64,000 nt of DNA from an uncultured delta proteobacterium (GCA_963715335.1 CAVQRZ010000005.1:96001-160000); one strand, 5' to 3'. Shown: positions 40,375 to 50,010, counted from the first letter of the stretch. Made by a program: numbers and translations. The notes: generated by a model from the sequence alone, not told the origin.

Positions 40375-42418
40375 TCAAACGTCTGCGTTTTCGGTGTTGG
40401 AAGACACGCACTGCGGTTTGCATCCCAGCCATTTCTGCAACATAGCCCGCATTTCTGATTGTCGGAACGGCTTGCTGAGAAAATCGTTCATCCCTGCAGC
40501 AAGACACTGTTCTTCATCTTCATCGCGGGCATAGGCGGTCAGGGCAATAACCGGCGTCTCAATTCCTTTTGCGCGGAGCAGGGCCGTGGCTCTAAAACCA
40601 TCCATATGTGGCATCTGGCAGTCCATCAGGATCAGATCGACCTTTTCCTGCTCCAGGAATTCGACTGCAGCCTGACCATTATCAACGATCGTCAAGCCAA
40701 AACCCATCTGCTCCATGAGGATGGAAATAAGGCTCTGGGTAGTAGGATTGTCCTCGGCCAGGAGGATGTGCAACTCCCTGCCCGTTGCATTGCATGGAGA
40801 CTGTTCAAAGCTCCTTGGAACCAGGTCGCCAGACTCAGCATGATCGTTCGGCAGAGACCGTGTCTGGACTGTTTTATCAGTGATGGTCAGGGGCAGACAG
40901 ACACTGAAAGTGCTTCCCACACCGGGCGCACTCTCAAGCGAGACAGCCCCCCCCATGGCCCGGACAAGGTCTTTGACTATGGCCAGGCCAAGCCCGGTCC
41001 CGCCATACCTGCGCGTCGTACTGCTGTCACCCTGGTCGAAGTAATCGAAAATACGATCCTGAACATCCGGATCGATCCCGGCACCGGTATCATGAATGTC
41101 GAACAGGCAGTTGCAGATGTCCGCAGTTTCATTGCAAGACGCCCGCAAGGAAACCGAGACGGTGCCGGAATCGGTAAATTTTATGGCATTGCCGACCAGA
41201 TTCAGGAGAACCTGGCGGATCCGTCCCGGGTCGCCGATCACGGCCGGCATCAGGTCGGGCGTATCCACCTTTAATGCAACCCCTTTGGCGTGGGCATTGA
41301 TAGCCATCAAGTGCACGACTTCTCCCGTCAACTGTTTCAAATCAACAGGAATCGCATCGAACTTCAATTGTCCTGCTTCAATCTTGGAAAAATCGAGGAT
41401 GTCGTTGAGAATTATCAGCAGGGCCTCTCCTGACCTGTAAATGGACTCAACCATCTGCTTGTCGCGACTCTCGAGAGGTCTTTTCCGCAGCAATTCCGCC
41501 ATTCCCAGGACACCGATCATTGGTGTGCGTATTTCATGGCTCATATTCGCCAGAAAACTGGATTTTGCAAGTGTCGCCTGTTCCGCCTTCTCCTTTTCCG
41601 CTTCCATGGCCCTGGTCCGGAGTTGGACTTCCAGCTCGAGGTTCTTGCGCTGCTGCTCGAGTAACCGATCTCTTTCTTTCAGAGCCTTGATCATCTCTTC
41701 AAAACCGGTGTAAAGAACTCCGAACTCATCTTCGTTTTCATGCTGAATCGGGCCGATCAGGCGTTTTTCCCTGGAGATCTGCTGCATTTGCGAAGCCAGA
41801 TTCTCAACAGGACCTGAAATGTGTCTCTGCATCCTGACACTCAACAGGTAGGTCACCAGAATCGCAATCACCATCGTCAGTAGCCAACTCAGGGCAAGAT
41901 ACAGCGTTATCCTCGCGCTGTCTCACCATCTCAAGGCTCAGGTAACTGTAACCGACGGTTTTATTTTGATAAACAACCGGCATGAAATGAGACATCCGAC
42001 CGGCGTCCCGCCAGATCTTCTCGCACATTTGTCGCCCCTGCTCGATCTGCCTTTTCTCTGTTTCCAGCAGTTCAACCAGTTGTCTTGCATCGATTGCCGA
42101 TCTGTTATAGGAGAAGACGGATAGCTTACGATGGTTCGACCATCCGCTGTCAGAAGATGTGCAAAAACGATATCCTTGCGTACCCCAGAGGGCGTGAGAA
42201 CTCCTGCATGCTGCGCGAGTCCCGACTTGCCATCGGCAAGACGACATTCGAGCAACGACCCTGGCCAACGAACTCAGGTCGTCTTCGGCAAAGTCATTAT
42301 ACGCTTTGATTCAAATAGAAACGAACTGCACGGAGGTCAGAATCAGTACGAATATGCTGACCAGGAAAATTATTCCCGTCATTTTCTGTTGTACGGAGAG
42401 GGACATACGATGCGACAT
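40375..42418 (-). CDS. Hybrid sensor histidine kinase (periplasmic sensor-HAMP-HisKA-HATPase-REC); 5' part broken by several frameshifts
   Basis: The intact ORF 40375..41874 has [32 protein letters not shown] and LMDCQMP. Upstream, a TM1 ([24 protein letters not shown], from ATG 42418) and sensor fragments lie in different frames. Confidence 0.85.
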
Positions 42419-42607
42419 GGATTTTCCGGGACCTTTTGGGCCGTGATGGGCAGATTAAAATTTTGCGAATTTTACCAGTTCAGCGTCTCAATGAAAAGGG
42501 AAAGCACAGGGGGAAGACATTAAGAGCCAGGATCTTCCTGTCAGGCTCTCACAGTTACCAAATCAGGATTCAGCCCACAGTCTCTATTTGTTCCGAATTG
42601 AATTTCC

Positions 42608-43600
42608 TCATAGTTTCAGGTCGACGACCACACGACCGGACACCTGTCCGGCGAGAAGTTTTTCGCTATACTGCGGGACCTCTTCCAAAGAGACAACTTT
42701 GTAAATCTGGCCCAGAAGGTTGTCGGAGAGTTCTTTCGACAGGCGCATCCAGGCCGTCTTTCGTAGCGGGATCGGACAGGTTGTCACTTCCACCCCGACC
42801 ATCTTGATCGCCCGCAAGATGAAAGGCATGACTGTTGTGTTAAGGTCTGCCCCTCCGGTCAGGCCGGTCGCAGCGACTGTGCCGCCGTATTGCATCTCTG
42901 CCAGCAGACGGGACAGGACCTTCCCGCCAACCGTGTCGATCGCTCCGGACCAGCGTTGCTTTTCCAGGGGACGTGCAGGTTTTTCAAGTTCTGTGCGGCT
43001 CACTATTTCGGTAGCACCAAGTTGGTAAAGGTAATCGTCATGTTCTCTATTACCGGTAGCCGCAGCGACAGAGAAGCCCAACCCGGCGAGCAGGGCGACC
43101 GCAATGCCACCGACCCCGCCGCTCGCTCCAGTGACCAGGATAGTTCCCTGCTCCGGAGTCACGCCCTGGTCCTCCAGAGCCATAACGCACAACATGGCAG
43201 TGAGACCTGCAGAGCCGATGGCCATAGCTTTCAATTCTCCAAGTTCCTCCGGAAGAGGAATAAGCCATTCGGAATTCAGTCGAGCCTGCTGCGTATAGCC
43301 GCCCCAGTAGCGTTCCCCAACGCCCCAGCCAGTCAGCAGCACTTTATCCCCAGGCTGAAAATCTGGAGACTCTGAGGACAATACTTCTCCGGTCAAGTCC
43401 ACTCCAGGGATCATCGGGTATTGGCGAACGATATTTCCCCGACCGGCAACAGCGAGGCAGTCCTTGTAGTTGAGACTTGAGTATTTTACTGCGACCAGAA
43501 CATCACCTTCAGGAAGATCATCGATCGAGAGTTGACGAATACTATGCTCGACGACACCGTTCTCACGAGTCACAATCAGGGCTTTAAATCTATCGCTCAC
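42608..43600 (-). CDS. acuI: Acryloyl-CoA reductase AcuI/YhdH family MDR
   Basis: YSSLNYKD, IPGVDLTG, TGWGVGERYWGG, AMAIGSAGLTAMLCV, VTGASGGVG, LNTTVMPFILR. GTG start overlaps the regulator stop. Confidence 0.88.
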   Translation of the reverse strand: MSDRFKALIVTRENGVVEHSIRQLSIDDLPEGDVLVAVKYSSLNYKDCLAVAGRGNIVRQYPMIPGVDLTGEVLSSESPDFQPGDKVLLTGWGVGERYWGGYTQQARLNSEWLIPLPEELGELKAMAIGSAGLTAMLCVMALEDQGVTPEQGTILVTGASGGVGGIAVALLAGLGFSVAAATGNREHDDYLYQLGATEIVSRTELEKPARPLEKQRWSGAIDTVGGKVLSRLLAEMQYGGTVAATGLTGGADLNTTVMPFILRAIKMVGVEVTTCPIPLRKTAWMRLSKELSDNLLGQIYKVVSLEEVPQYSEKLLAGQVSGRVVVDLKL

Positions 43601-44346
43601 TGCGTTTCCCCGTCACGGTCACGGCGCCACTCCTGGGCCTGGGCGTATTGTTCGCACAGGTAATTCATCTGCTCTGCCATAGCTTCTTCAGCGATGCTGG
43701 CATTCTGAACTCTGATCGCTTCGTAGATGCGTTCATGCTGGGCGAGAATTTTTTCACGTTCCCTGAATCGGAAGATGACCAGGTTGGTTGCCGGTTGCAA
43801 CGCCTCAATGACGGCAAACATGACAAATTGCAGAACCGGGTTTCGGGTTGCATCCACCAGTGCCCGGTGGAAACGAACATCTGATGCGCAGAAGTCTACA
43901 TCCGTTGTAGCGGGATTTTTTTGCCGTTTAAGCTCTTCAGCCATGGCCAACAGGTGCTCATCCTGCCGACGTTCTGCGGCAAGACGGCAGCAGGTCAATT
44001 CCAGTTCTCGGCGCGCTTCAGCGATTTCAGAGAGGCTGAATTCACCCATACTGACCAAAAGCATGGCGGCGCCCGTCAGCGAGGAGCTAAGGTCTTCCTG
44101 ACTGGGGCGGTTGATGAATGTTCCACCGGTCGGACCGCGGCGGCTGCGAATCAGGTTCTGAGCGGCAAGCCGCTTTAATGCCTCGCGAATAGTCGGACGA
44201 GACACGTTGAACTTTTCTGCTAGAACTTCCTCAGTCGGAAGTTGGTCATCAACCTTGAGACTTCCATCCAGAATTGAACTGCGGATGTTTTCCGCGATTT
44301 GCTTGGCAAGGCTTTCTGCAACAAGCGGCTGAAAATTAATCGCCAT
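43597..44346 (-). CDS. FadR/GntR family transcriptional regulator (DmdR-like)
   Basis: LPTEEVLAEKFNVSRPTIREALKRL, RGPTGGTF, FCD domain (SDVRFHRALVDATRNP, LAQHERI). Start ATG 44346. Confidence 0.9.
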   Translation of the reverse strand: MAINFQPLVAESLAKQIAENIRSSILDGSLKVDDQLPTEEVLAEKFNVSRPTIREALKRLAAQNLIRSRRGPTGGTFINRPSQEDLSSSLTGAAMLLVSMGEFSLSEIAEARRELELTCCRLAAERRQDEHLLAMAEELKRQKNPATTDVDFCASDVRFHRALVDATRNPVLQFVMFAVIEALQPATNLVIFRFREREKILAQHERIYEAIRVQNASIAEEAMAEQMNYLCEQYAQAQEWRRDRDGETQ

Positions 44347-44438
44347 TTTTCCAGAGCTCTCCCTTTTCACTCGGGACACGAGTGATAATATTGTTATTCT
44401 CAGCGTCCAAGATATCTCATTTACAAGATCATGGGAAG

Positions 44439-44482
44439 CATTTATATATTTGTTTGACAAATATATAAATGGTGGATAGGGT
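44439..44482 (+). promoter_or_regulatory. Palindromic operator overlapping a sigma70 promoter
   Basis: CATTTATATATTTGT-TTG-ACAAATATATAAATG, perfect 15-bp arms. Contains TTGACA (44454-44459), with TAGGGT 17 bp downstream. Confidence 0.75.
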
Positions 44483-44571
44483 AGCAAAATCGTACCGACA
44501 CTTTGGAGAACCGCTCTTCTCGAAAACATATTTACAGGACGCACCCCAACCAAAAGGAAAGGATCTAAAGA

Positions 44572-45636
44572 ATGAAAGCACTTGTCTACAAAGAGTACGC
44601 CCCAGATGATAATTTTGCAGACATCCTGACAGTAGAGGAGGTCCCGAATCCAAAGCCAAAAGCGAATGAAGTGCTGATTCAGGTTAAGGCCTCTGCATTG
44701 AATTATAACGACGTATGGGGCATGCGCGGCAACCCGATTCCGGTCGAACTCCCCCACACCTCTGGGTCCGACGCCGCCGGGGATGTCCTCGCTGTCGGCA
44801 GCGACGTGACCAGCATCAAGGTCGGCGACCGGGTTGCAGTTCACGCCAACATGTCCTGCCGGGTTTGCGAAGCCTGCACCAGCGGTCGTGAATACGACTG
44901 TTCCAAACGCATGGTCTGGGGTTTCCAGACGACCCCCGGCAGCCATGCTGAGCAGGTTTGTCTACCCGAGGTTAACGTGGTAAAGATCCCCGATACGGTC
45001 AGCTACGAGCAAGCGGCGGCGGCGGCCATGAACCTGCTCACCGCATGGCATATGCTGGTCGGACGTGCTCAGATCAAACCGGGCCAACTCGTGCTGATCA
45101 TGGGCGGGCGCTCCGGTGTCGGCCACCTCGGGATCCAGATTGCCAAACTCTACAACTGTACTGTTATTGCCACCGCCAGTCCGGAGAATGCCAATCTGTG
45201 CAAAGAGCTCGGCGCAGATTACGTGGTCAATCACCGCGATGAAGGCTGGGTTAAGGAGGTTCGTGGCATTTGCAAAGAGATCGCCAAGCAGACTGGTGGC
45301 GCTCCTGGGGTCGATGTCTCTTTCGACCATGTTGGCGAGACCCATTTTAATGCCCAACTTACCTTGCTGAAATTCGGCGGCACCTTGGTCAGCTGTGGGG
45401 CGACCACAGGTTTTGACGCCAAAATCGACTTGCGCCACGTATTTTTCAAGGGCACCAACATCCTTGGTTCCACCCAGGGCACCAAGGCTGAACTTGAGCA
45501 GGGTTTTTACTGGATGGGACAAGGCAAGATCAAGTCCGCTATCGGCGCCGAGTATACATTCGATCAGGCGGCAAAAGCCTATGACCAATTTCTCTCCGGC
45601 AAAGGGCTTTTCGGCAAGATCATCATCAAGCCATAA
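44572..45636 (+). CDS. Zinc-binding MDR oxidoreductase (structural Zn only; enoyl-thioester/quinone reductase-like)
   Basis: ALNYNDVWG, HTSGSDAAG (no catalytic Cys/GHE), CRVCEAC-x7-C, GGRSGVG, FGKIII. Confidence 0.88.
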   Translation: MKALVYKEYAPDDNFADILTVEEVPNPKPKANEVLIQVKASALNYNDVWGMRGNPIPVELPHTSGSDAAGDVLAVGSDVTSIKVGDRVAVHANMSCRVCEACTSGREYDCSKRMVWGFQTTPGSHAEQVCLPEVNVVKIPDTVSYEQAAAAAMNLLTAWHMLVGRAQIKPGQLVLIMGGRSGVGHLGIQIAKLYNCTVIATASPENANLCKELGADYVVNHRDEGWVKEVRGICKEIAKQTGGAPGVDVSFDHVGETHFNAQLTLLKFGGTLVSCGATTGFDAKIDLRHVFFKGTNILGSTQGTKAELEQGFYWMGQGKIKSAIGAEYTFDQAAKAYDQFLSGKGLFGKIIIKP

Positions 45637-45720
45637 CAATTCAGGAGGCACTTTTTCCAAATGCCCGAAAAATAAACGCCCTCATCAACTGGCATTCCTG
45701 TAAAAAATATGTCACTCTCC

Positions 45721-45751
45721 AGCCCCGCTCCATGAGCGGGGCTTTTATTTT
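45721..45751 (+). terminator. Intrinsic terminator
   Basis: AGCCCCGCTC-CAT-GAGCGGGGCT followed by TTTATTTTT. Confidence 0.8.
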
Positions 45752-45825
45752 TAACCTCAACTATCAATCAGAGCGCAGTACGCTACAATTAATCTTCATA
45801 ATGACGCCACGAATTGGAGCCCTCA

Positions 45826-48783
45826 ATGGATAACAAACTCCCCCTGCCCGGCGACCGGCTCGGCAGTTTTTTGATAAAGCAGAATCTGCTGGTCCCGGAG
45901 CTGAACCTGACAGCGGTCACACTGCTGCATGAGCCGACCGGAGCACGGCTCCTGCACCTGGCCTGTGACGACCCGAACAACGTCTTTGCCGTCGGCTTTC
46001 GCACCCCGCCGCCGGATTCGACCGGCGTCGCCCATATCCTCGAGCACACAGTCCTCTGCGGATCGCAGAAGTATCCGGTGCGCGACCCGTTTTTCGCCAT
46101 GCTCAAACGCAGCCTCAACACCTTCATGAATGCCCTGACGGCAGCCGACTGGACCCTTTATCCGGTCGCGAGCATGAACCGCAAGGACTTCTACAACCTG
46201 ATGGGGATCTACCTCGACGCCACCTTTTTCCCCCTGCTGCGTGAACAGGATTTTCTCCAGGAAGGCCATCGGCTTGACTTTGCCAACCCGGAGGATCCCG
46301 CCAGCCTGATGATCAAGGGCGTGGTGTTCAACGAAATGAAAGGGGCCATGGCCGACCCGTCATCACTGCTCGGCCGGCGCCTCAACGCGGCCCTCTTCCC
46401 GACCACCTGCTACGGCGAAAATTCAGGCGGCGAACCGCTGGTGATTCCGGACCTGACCTGGGAGCAGCTGCGAGCGTTCCACAAGAGCTATTACCACCCG
46501 AGCAACAGCTGGATTTTCACTTACGGAAACCTGCCGCTCGAAGACCATTTGCAACAGATCGACGATTTGGCCCTGGGCCGCTTCGAAAGACAGCCGGTCA
46601 GCAGCGAGATCCCCCGTGAGGCTCGTTTTACCGAACCGATCAGCAGGACGCAGACCTTCCCGGTCGACGCAAAAGACGACATGCGGCAGCGCAGCATGGT
46701 CCATCTGGCCTGGCTGACCTGCCCGATCGAGGACACTTTCGAGCGTGCCGCGACCGGCATCCTGGCTAACCTGCTGCTCGGCAATCCGGCCGCGCCCCTT
46801 TACCAGGCCCTGATCGAATCGGGCCTGGGCCGCAACCTTTCGCCGGGGACCGGATATCACGACGACTATCGCGACACTTTTATCGCTGCTGGCCTGCAAG
46901 GAACGGATCCGGAGAGATTACCGGAGATTGAGAAGGTGATTTTCGACACCCTGGCACGGGTTGCCGAGCAGGGACTTCCGCAGGAGCGTATCGATGCCGC
47001 CCTGCATCAGTACGAGTTTGCCAACCGCGAGGTAACCGGTGACCAGTACCCTTACGGACTCGGACTGATGATGCGCCTGTTCGGCCCATGGCTGCACGCC
47101 GACGATCCGATCAGCACACTGATGATCGGCGACAACCTGAAGCGCCTGAGAAGCGCTACGACTGACCCGCAGTTCTTCCCGCAGATGATCCGCCGCCACC
47201 TGCTCGACAACCCGCACCGGGTCACCCTGCTGTTGCACCCCGATCCCAAACACGCGCAACGTGAAGAGCAGGCGTTTGCCGAACGACTCGAGGGGATTCG
47301 CGAGCATCTCGACGAAGCTGCGATCGCCGTGATCAAAACGAAAGCAGCCGATCTGCAAAAGAGCCAGGAAGCCCAGGACGACATGAGCTGCCTGCCGATC
47401 CTCGAACTGTCGGACATCGAAAGCGCTGAGCCGATAACGCCATTTAACACGGAGGCGATCTCCAGCTGCAAAACGTTCTGGTTCAACCAGCCGACCAACG
47501 GCATCACCTACCTGAACCTGCAGTTCAACGCCAGCGGCCTGGATGACAGCTTGCGGCCTTACCTGCCAATGTTTGGCGCACTGCTGCCGCAAATCGGTGC
47601 GGCGGGGCACGACTACCTCGCCATGTCGCGACGGATCACTGCGGCAACCGGTGGCATCCGTCTCGGCACCAACATGCTGGAAAGTCCGGTCGACCTCGAC
47701 ATCATGCAGCCGGTACTGGAACTCAAAGGCAAAGCCTTGAGCTGCAACCAGGAGAAACTGTGCGGAATCATCGCCGACATGCTGTGCGCACCTGATTTTA
47801 CCGATCTCGACAGGCTGCGCACGGTCATCGGCCAGGTCAGGACGTCGATGGAGAACTCGATCCCCGGAGCTGGCCACTCCTTTGCTGCACGCGCGGCCGC
47901 AGCATCGTTGACGCCCGCTGCTGCGCAGCGTGAGGAATGGAGCGGCATGAGCCAGACCCAGATCATCCGGGCCGCCAGCGATCTGGACGAAAAAGGCCTC
48001 TCGTCCCTGGCCGACAGTTTCGCTGCAATCGCCGCAGAGCTCTTCACACCGGTACGCGCCACCATTGCTGTGACCGCCGAGGAATCGGCCCACCAGACGA
48101 TGCGGGCCCCATTGACGGGCCTGCTGGCCGCACTTCCGGGGAAGCTGTCGACGGGCGATGGCCAGCTCGCTCCGTTTACAAGCGAGGCGACATCCATAGC
48201 GTGGCAATACAACCTGCCGGTCGCTTACGTCTCACAGGTATTCCGGACTGTCTCCTACACGCACCCTGACGCCCCTGTGCTGATGGTCCTCGCCAAGTTG
48301 TTGCGCGCGGAGTTCCTGCATCGGGAGATTCGTGAAAAAGGCGGCGCCTACGGCGGCATGGCCGGGTACAACGCCGATGGCGGTCTTTTCTCGATGCTTT
48401 CCTATCGCGATCCACACCTGGAAAGGACCCTGGATGTCTACCGCCTGGCCGTCGAATGGGCCGGCAGGGGAGATTTCGGTGACGAAACGATCAAGCAGTC
48501 GATTCTGACTGCGTTTGCCGAGCTTGACCGCCCCCTCTCACCCGGCGGCAGGGGATATCGCGAGTTCATCCATCAGCAACAGGGGATGACTCATGACATG
48601 ATTCAGGCCTTCCGCAACGGCATCATCGCAGTAGACCGGAAGTCTCTGGTCAGGGTGGCGAGGACTTATCTCGAACAACTTTTTGCTGCCAGTTCAGTCG
48701 GCATCCTGGCCGGTGAAGAAATGTTCAGCAAGGCGGAGCAGACCCTGTTGCAGATGAACACCCGGATCAAGCGGTTCGAGTGA
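45826..48783 (+). CDS. M16C family zinc metallopeptidase (presequence protease-like)
   Basis: HILEHTVLCGS.KYPVRDPFF.MLKRSLNTFMNA, GVVFNEMKG, IREKGGAYGG, SYRDP. Confidence 0.95.
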   Translation: MDNKLPLPGDRLGSFLIKQNLLVPELNLTAVTLLHEPTGARLLHLACDDPNNVFAVGFRTPPPDSTGVAHILEHTVLCGSQKYPVRDPFFAMLKRSLNTFMNALTAADWTLYPVASMNRKDFYNLMGIYLDATFFPLLREQDFLQEGHRLDFANPEDPASLMIKGVVFNEMKGAMADPSSLLGRRLNAALFPTTCYGENSGGEPLVIPDLTWEQLRAFHKSYYHPSNSWIFTYGNLPLEDHLQQIDDLALGRFERQPVSSEIPREARFTEPISRTQTFPVDAKDDMRQRSMVHLAWLTCPIEDTFERAATGILANLLLGNPAAPLYQALIESGLGRNLSPGTGYHDDYRDTFIAAGLQGTDPERLPEIEKVIFDTLARVAEQGLPQERIDAALHQYEFANREVTGDQYPYGLGLMMRLFGPWLHADDPISTLMIGDNLKRLRSATTDPQFFPQMIRRHLLDNPHRVTLLLHPDPKHAQREEQAFAERLEGIREHLDEAAIAVIKTKAADLQKSQEAQDDMSCLPILELSDIESAEPITPFNTEAISSCKTFWFNQPTNGITYLNLQFNASGLDDSLRPYLPMFGALLPQIGAAGHDYLAMSRRITAATGGIRLGTNMLESPVDLDIMQPVLELKGKALSCNQEKLCGIIADMLCAPDFTDLDRLRTVIGQVRTSMENSIPGAGHSFAARAAAASLTPAAAQREEWSGMSQTQIIRAASDLDEKGLSSLADSFAAIAAELFTPVRATIAVTAEESAHQTMRAPLTGLLAALPGKLSTGDGQLAPFTSEATSIAWQYNLPVAYVSQVFRTVSYTHPDAPVLMVLAKLLRAEFLHREIREKGGAYGGMAGYNADGGLFSMLSYRDPHLERTLDVYRLAVEWAGRGDFGDETIKQSILTAFAELDRPLSPGGRGYREFIHQQQGMTHDMIQAFRNGIIAVDRKSLVRVARTYLEQLFAASSVGILAGEEMFSKAEQTLLQMNTRIKRFE

Positions 48784-48809
48784 GCAACCCTGCCGGCCGG
48801 AGAAACCGC

Positions 48810-48871
48810 TCAGGCGCAAAAGGGTAACCGAAAACCCCCTTTTGCGCCTGACTTTGCTTTGCGCCTTTGCG
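48810..48871 (+). terminator. Terminator-like hairpin followed by TTTGCG repeats
   Basis: 15-bp stem TCAGGCGCAAAAGGG / CCCTTTTGCGCCTGA, then ctttgc-tttgcgc-ctttgcg. Confidence 0.55.
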
Positions 48872-48930
48872 TTAATGATGCCGATTCGCTATAGTCTCAA
48901 ACGTAACCAGACACCTGAATAACCGAGAGC

Positions 48931-49977
48931 ATGCCGATGACGACAAAAAACCAGTTTGCGAGCGATAATTACGCCGGCATCTGCCCGGAGGCCTGGCAGG
49001 CATTAAAGGATGCCGACAGCGGTTATGCAACCAGCTATGGCAACGACCCCTGGACAGCCAAAGCGTGCGACGCGCTACGCGATTTTTTCGATACCGACTG
49101 TGAAGTTTTTTTCGTCTTCAACGGGACGGCCGCCAACTCCCTGGCCCTGGCGTCACTCTGCCAGTCGTACCACAGCGTTATCTGCCACGATATGGCCCAT
49201 GTCGAAACCGATGAGTGTGGTGCCAGCGAATTCTTCTCCAATGGCACCAAGCTGCTGACTGTTGGCGGCGGGAACGGCAAGGTCGACCTGGTCGAGGTCG
49301 AACATACGGTCAAGAAACGCAGCGACATCCACTATCCGAAGCCGAAGGTCCTGTCTTTGACCCAAGCCACGGAGCTCGGGACCCTGTACACGCCGGATGA
49401 GCTGGTTGCGATCCACGGCCTGGCCAAGCGCCTTGGCCTCAGGTTGCACATGGACGGTGCGCGCTTTGCCAACGCCGTCGCTGCGCTGCAGATCCACCCG
49501 AAGGAACTGACCTGGCGGGCCGGGGTTGACGTACTGACTTTCGGCGGCACCAAGTGCGGCATGCCGATGGGTGAAGCCGTGGTCTTTTTTGACCGGAAAC
49601 TCGCTAACGAATTCGATTACCGCTGCAAACAGGCTGGCCAGCTGGCGTCGAAAATGCGTTATCTCTCCGCCCCCTGGTTCGGCCTGCTCAAGGACGACGC
49701 GATTCTCAGGCATGCCGGGCACGCCAACGCCTGCGCCCGCAAATTGTCCGACGCCCTTGCCGAGATACCCGGCGTCAGCCTCGTCCACCCCACCGAAGCC
49801 AACGCCGTTTTCGTCGAGCTCCCGGAGAGGGTTGTCACCACCCTGCACAACCGGGGCTGGGTCTTTTATACCTTCATCGGCTCCGGGCACTGCCGCTTCA
49901 TGTGCTCGTGGGCTACCACCGAAGGGGATATTACTGCCCTGTCGAACGACATCCGGGAGGTCATGAAGACTCCGTAG
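48931..49977 (+). CDS. ltaE: Low-specificity L-threonine aldolase
   Basis: FASDNYAG, NGTAANSLAL, TQATELGT, LHMDGARFAN, FGGTK (PLP Lys), KQAGQLASKMR. Confidence 0.92.
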   Translation: MPMTTKNQFASDNYAGICPEAWQALKDADSGYATSYGNDPWTAKACDALRDFFDTDCEVFFVFNGTAANSLALASLCQSYHSVICHDMAHVETDECGASEFFSNGTKLLTVGGGNGKVDLVEVEHTVKKRSDIHYPKPKVLSLTQATELGTLYTPDELVAIHGLAKRLGLRLHMDGARFANAVAALQIHPKELTWRAGVDVLTFGGTKCGMPMGEAVVFFDRKLANEFDYRCKQAGQLASKMRYLSAPWFGLLKDDAILRHAGHANACARKLSDALAEIPGVSLVHPTEANAVFVELPERVVTTLHNRGWVFYTFIGSGHCRFMCSWATTEGDITALSNDIREVMKTP

Positions 49978-50010
49978 CGATCGTCGCGGGGGATTCATTG
50001 CGAACCTTTC

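Noticed and set aside
44347..44946. 200-aa N-terminal extension of the FadR regulator in the ORF track
   Set aside because: It overlaps the divergent MDR gene and the operator/promoter. The HTH begins right after ATG 44346.
34627..45700. tRNA-anchored genomic island or prophage
   Set aside because: The block lies 5' of the tRNA cluster, and no duplicated tRNA 3' end, integrase or phage gene is seen.
45826..48783. Eukaryote-like presequence protease as a horizontal transfer signal
   Set aside because: M16C peptidases are known from many bacteria, and codon usage here looks native.
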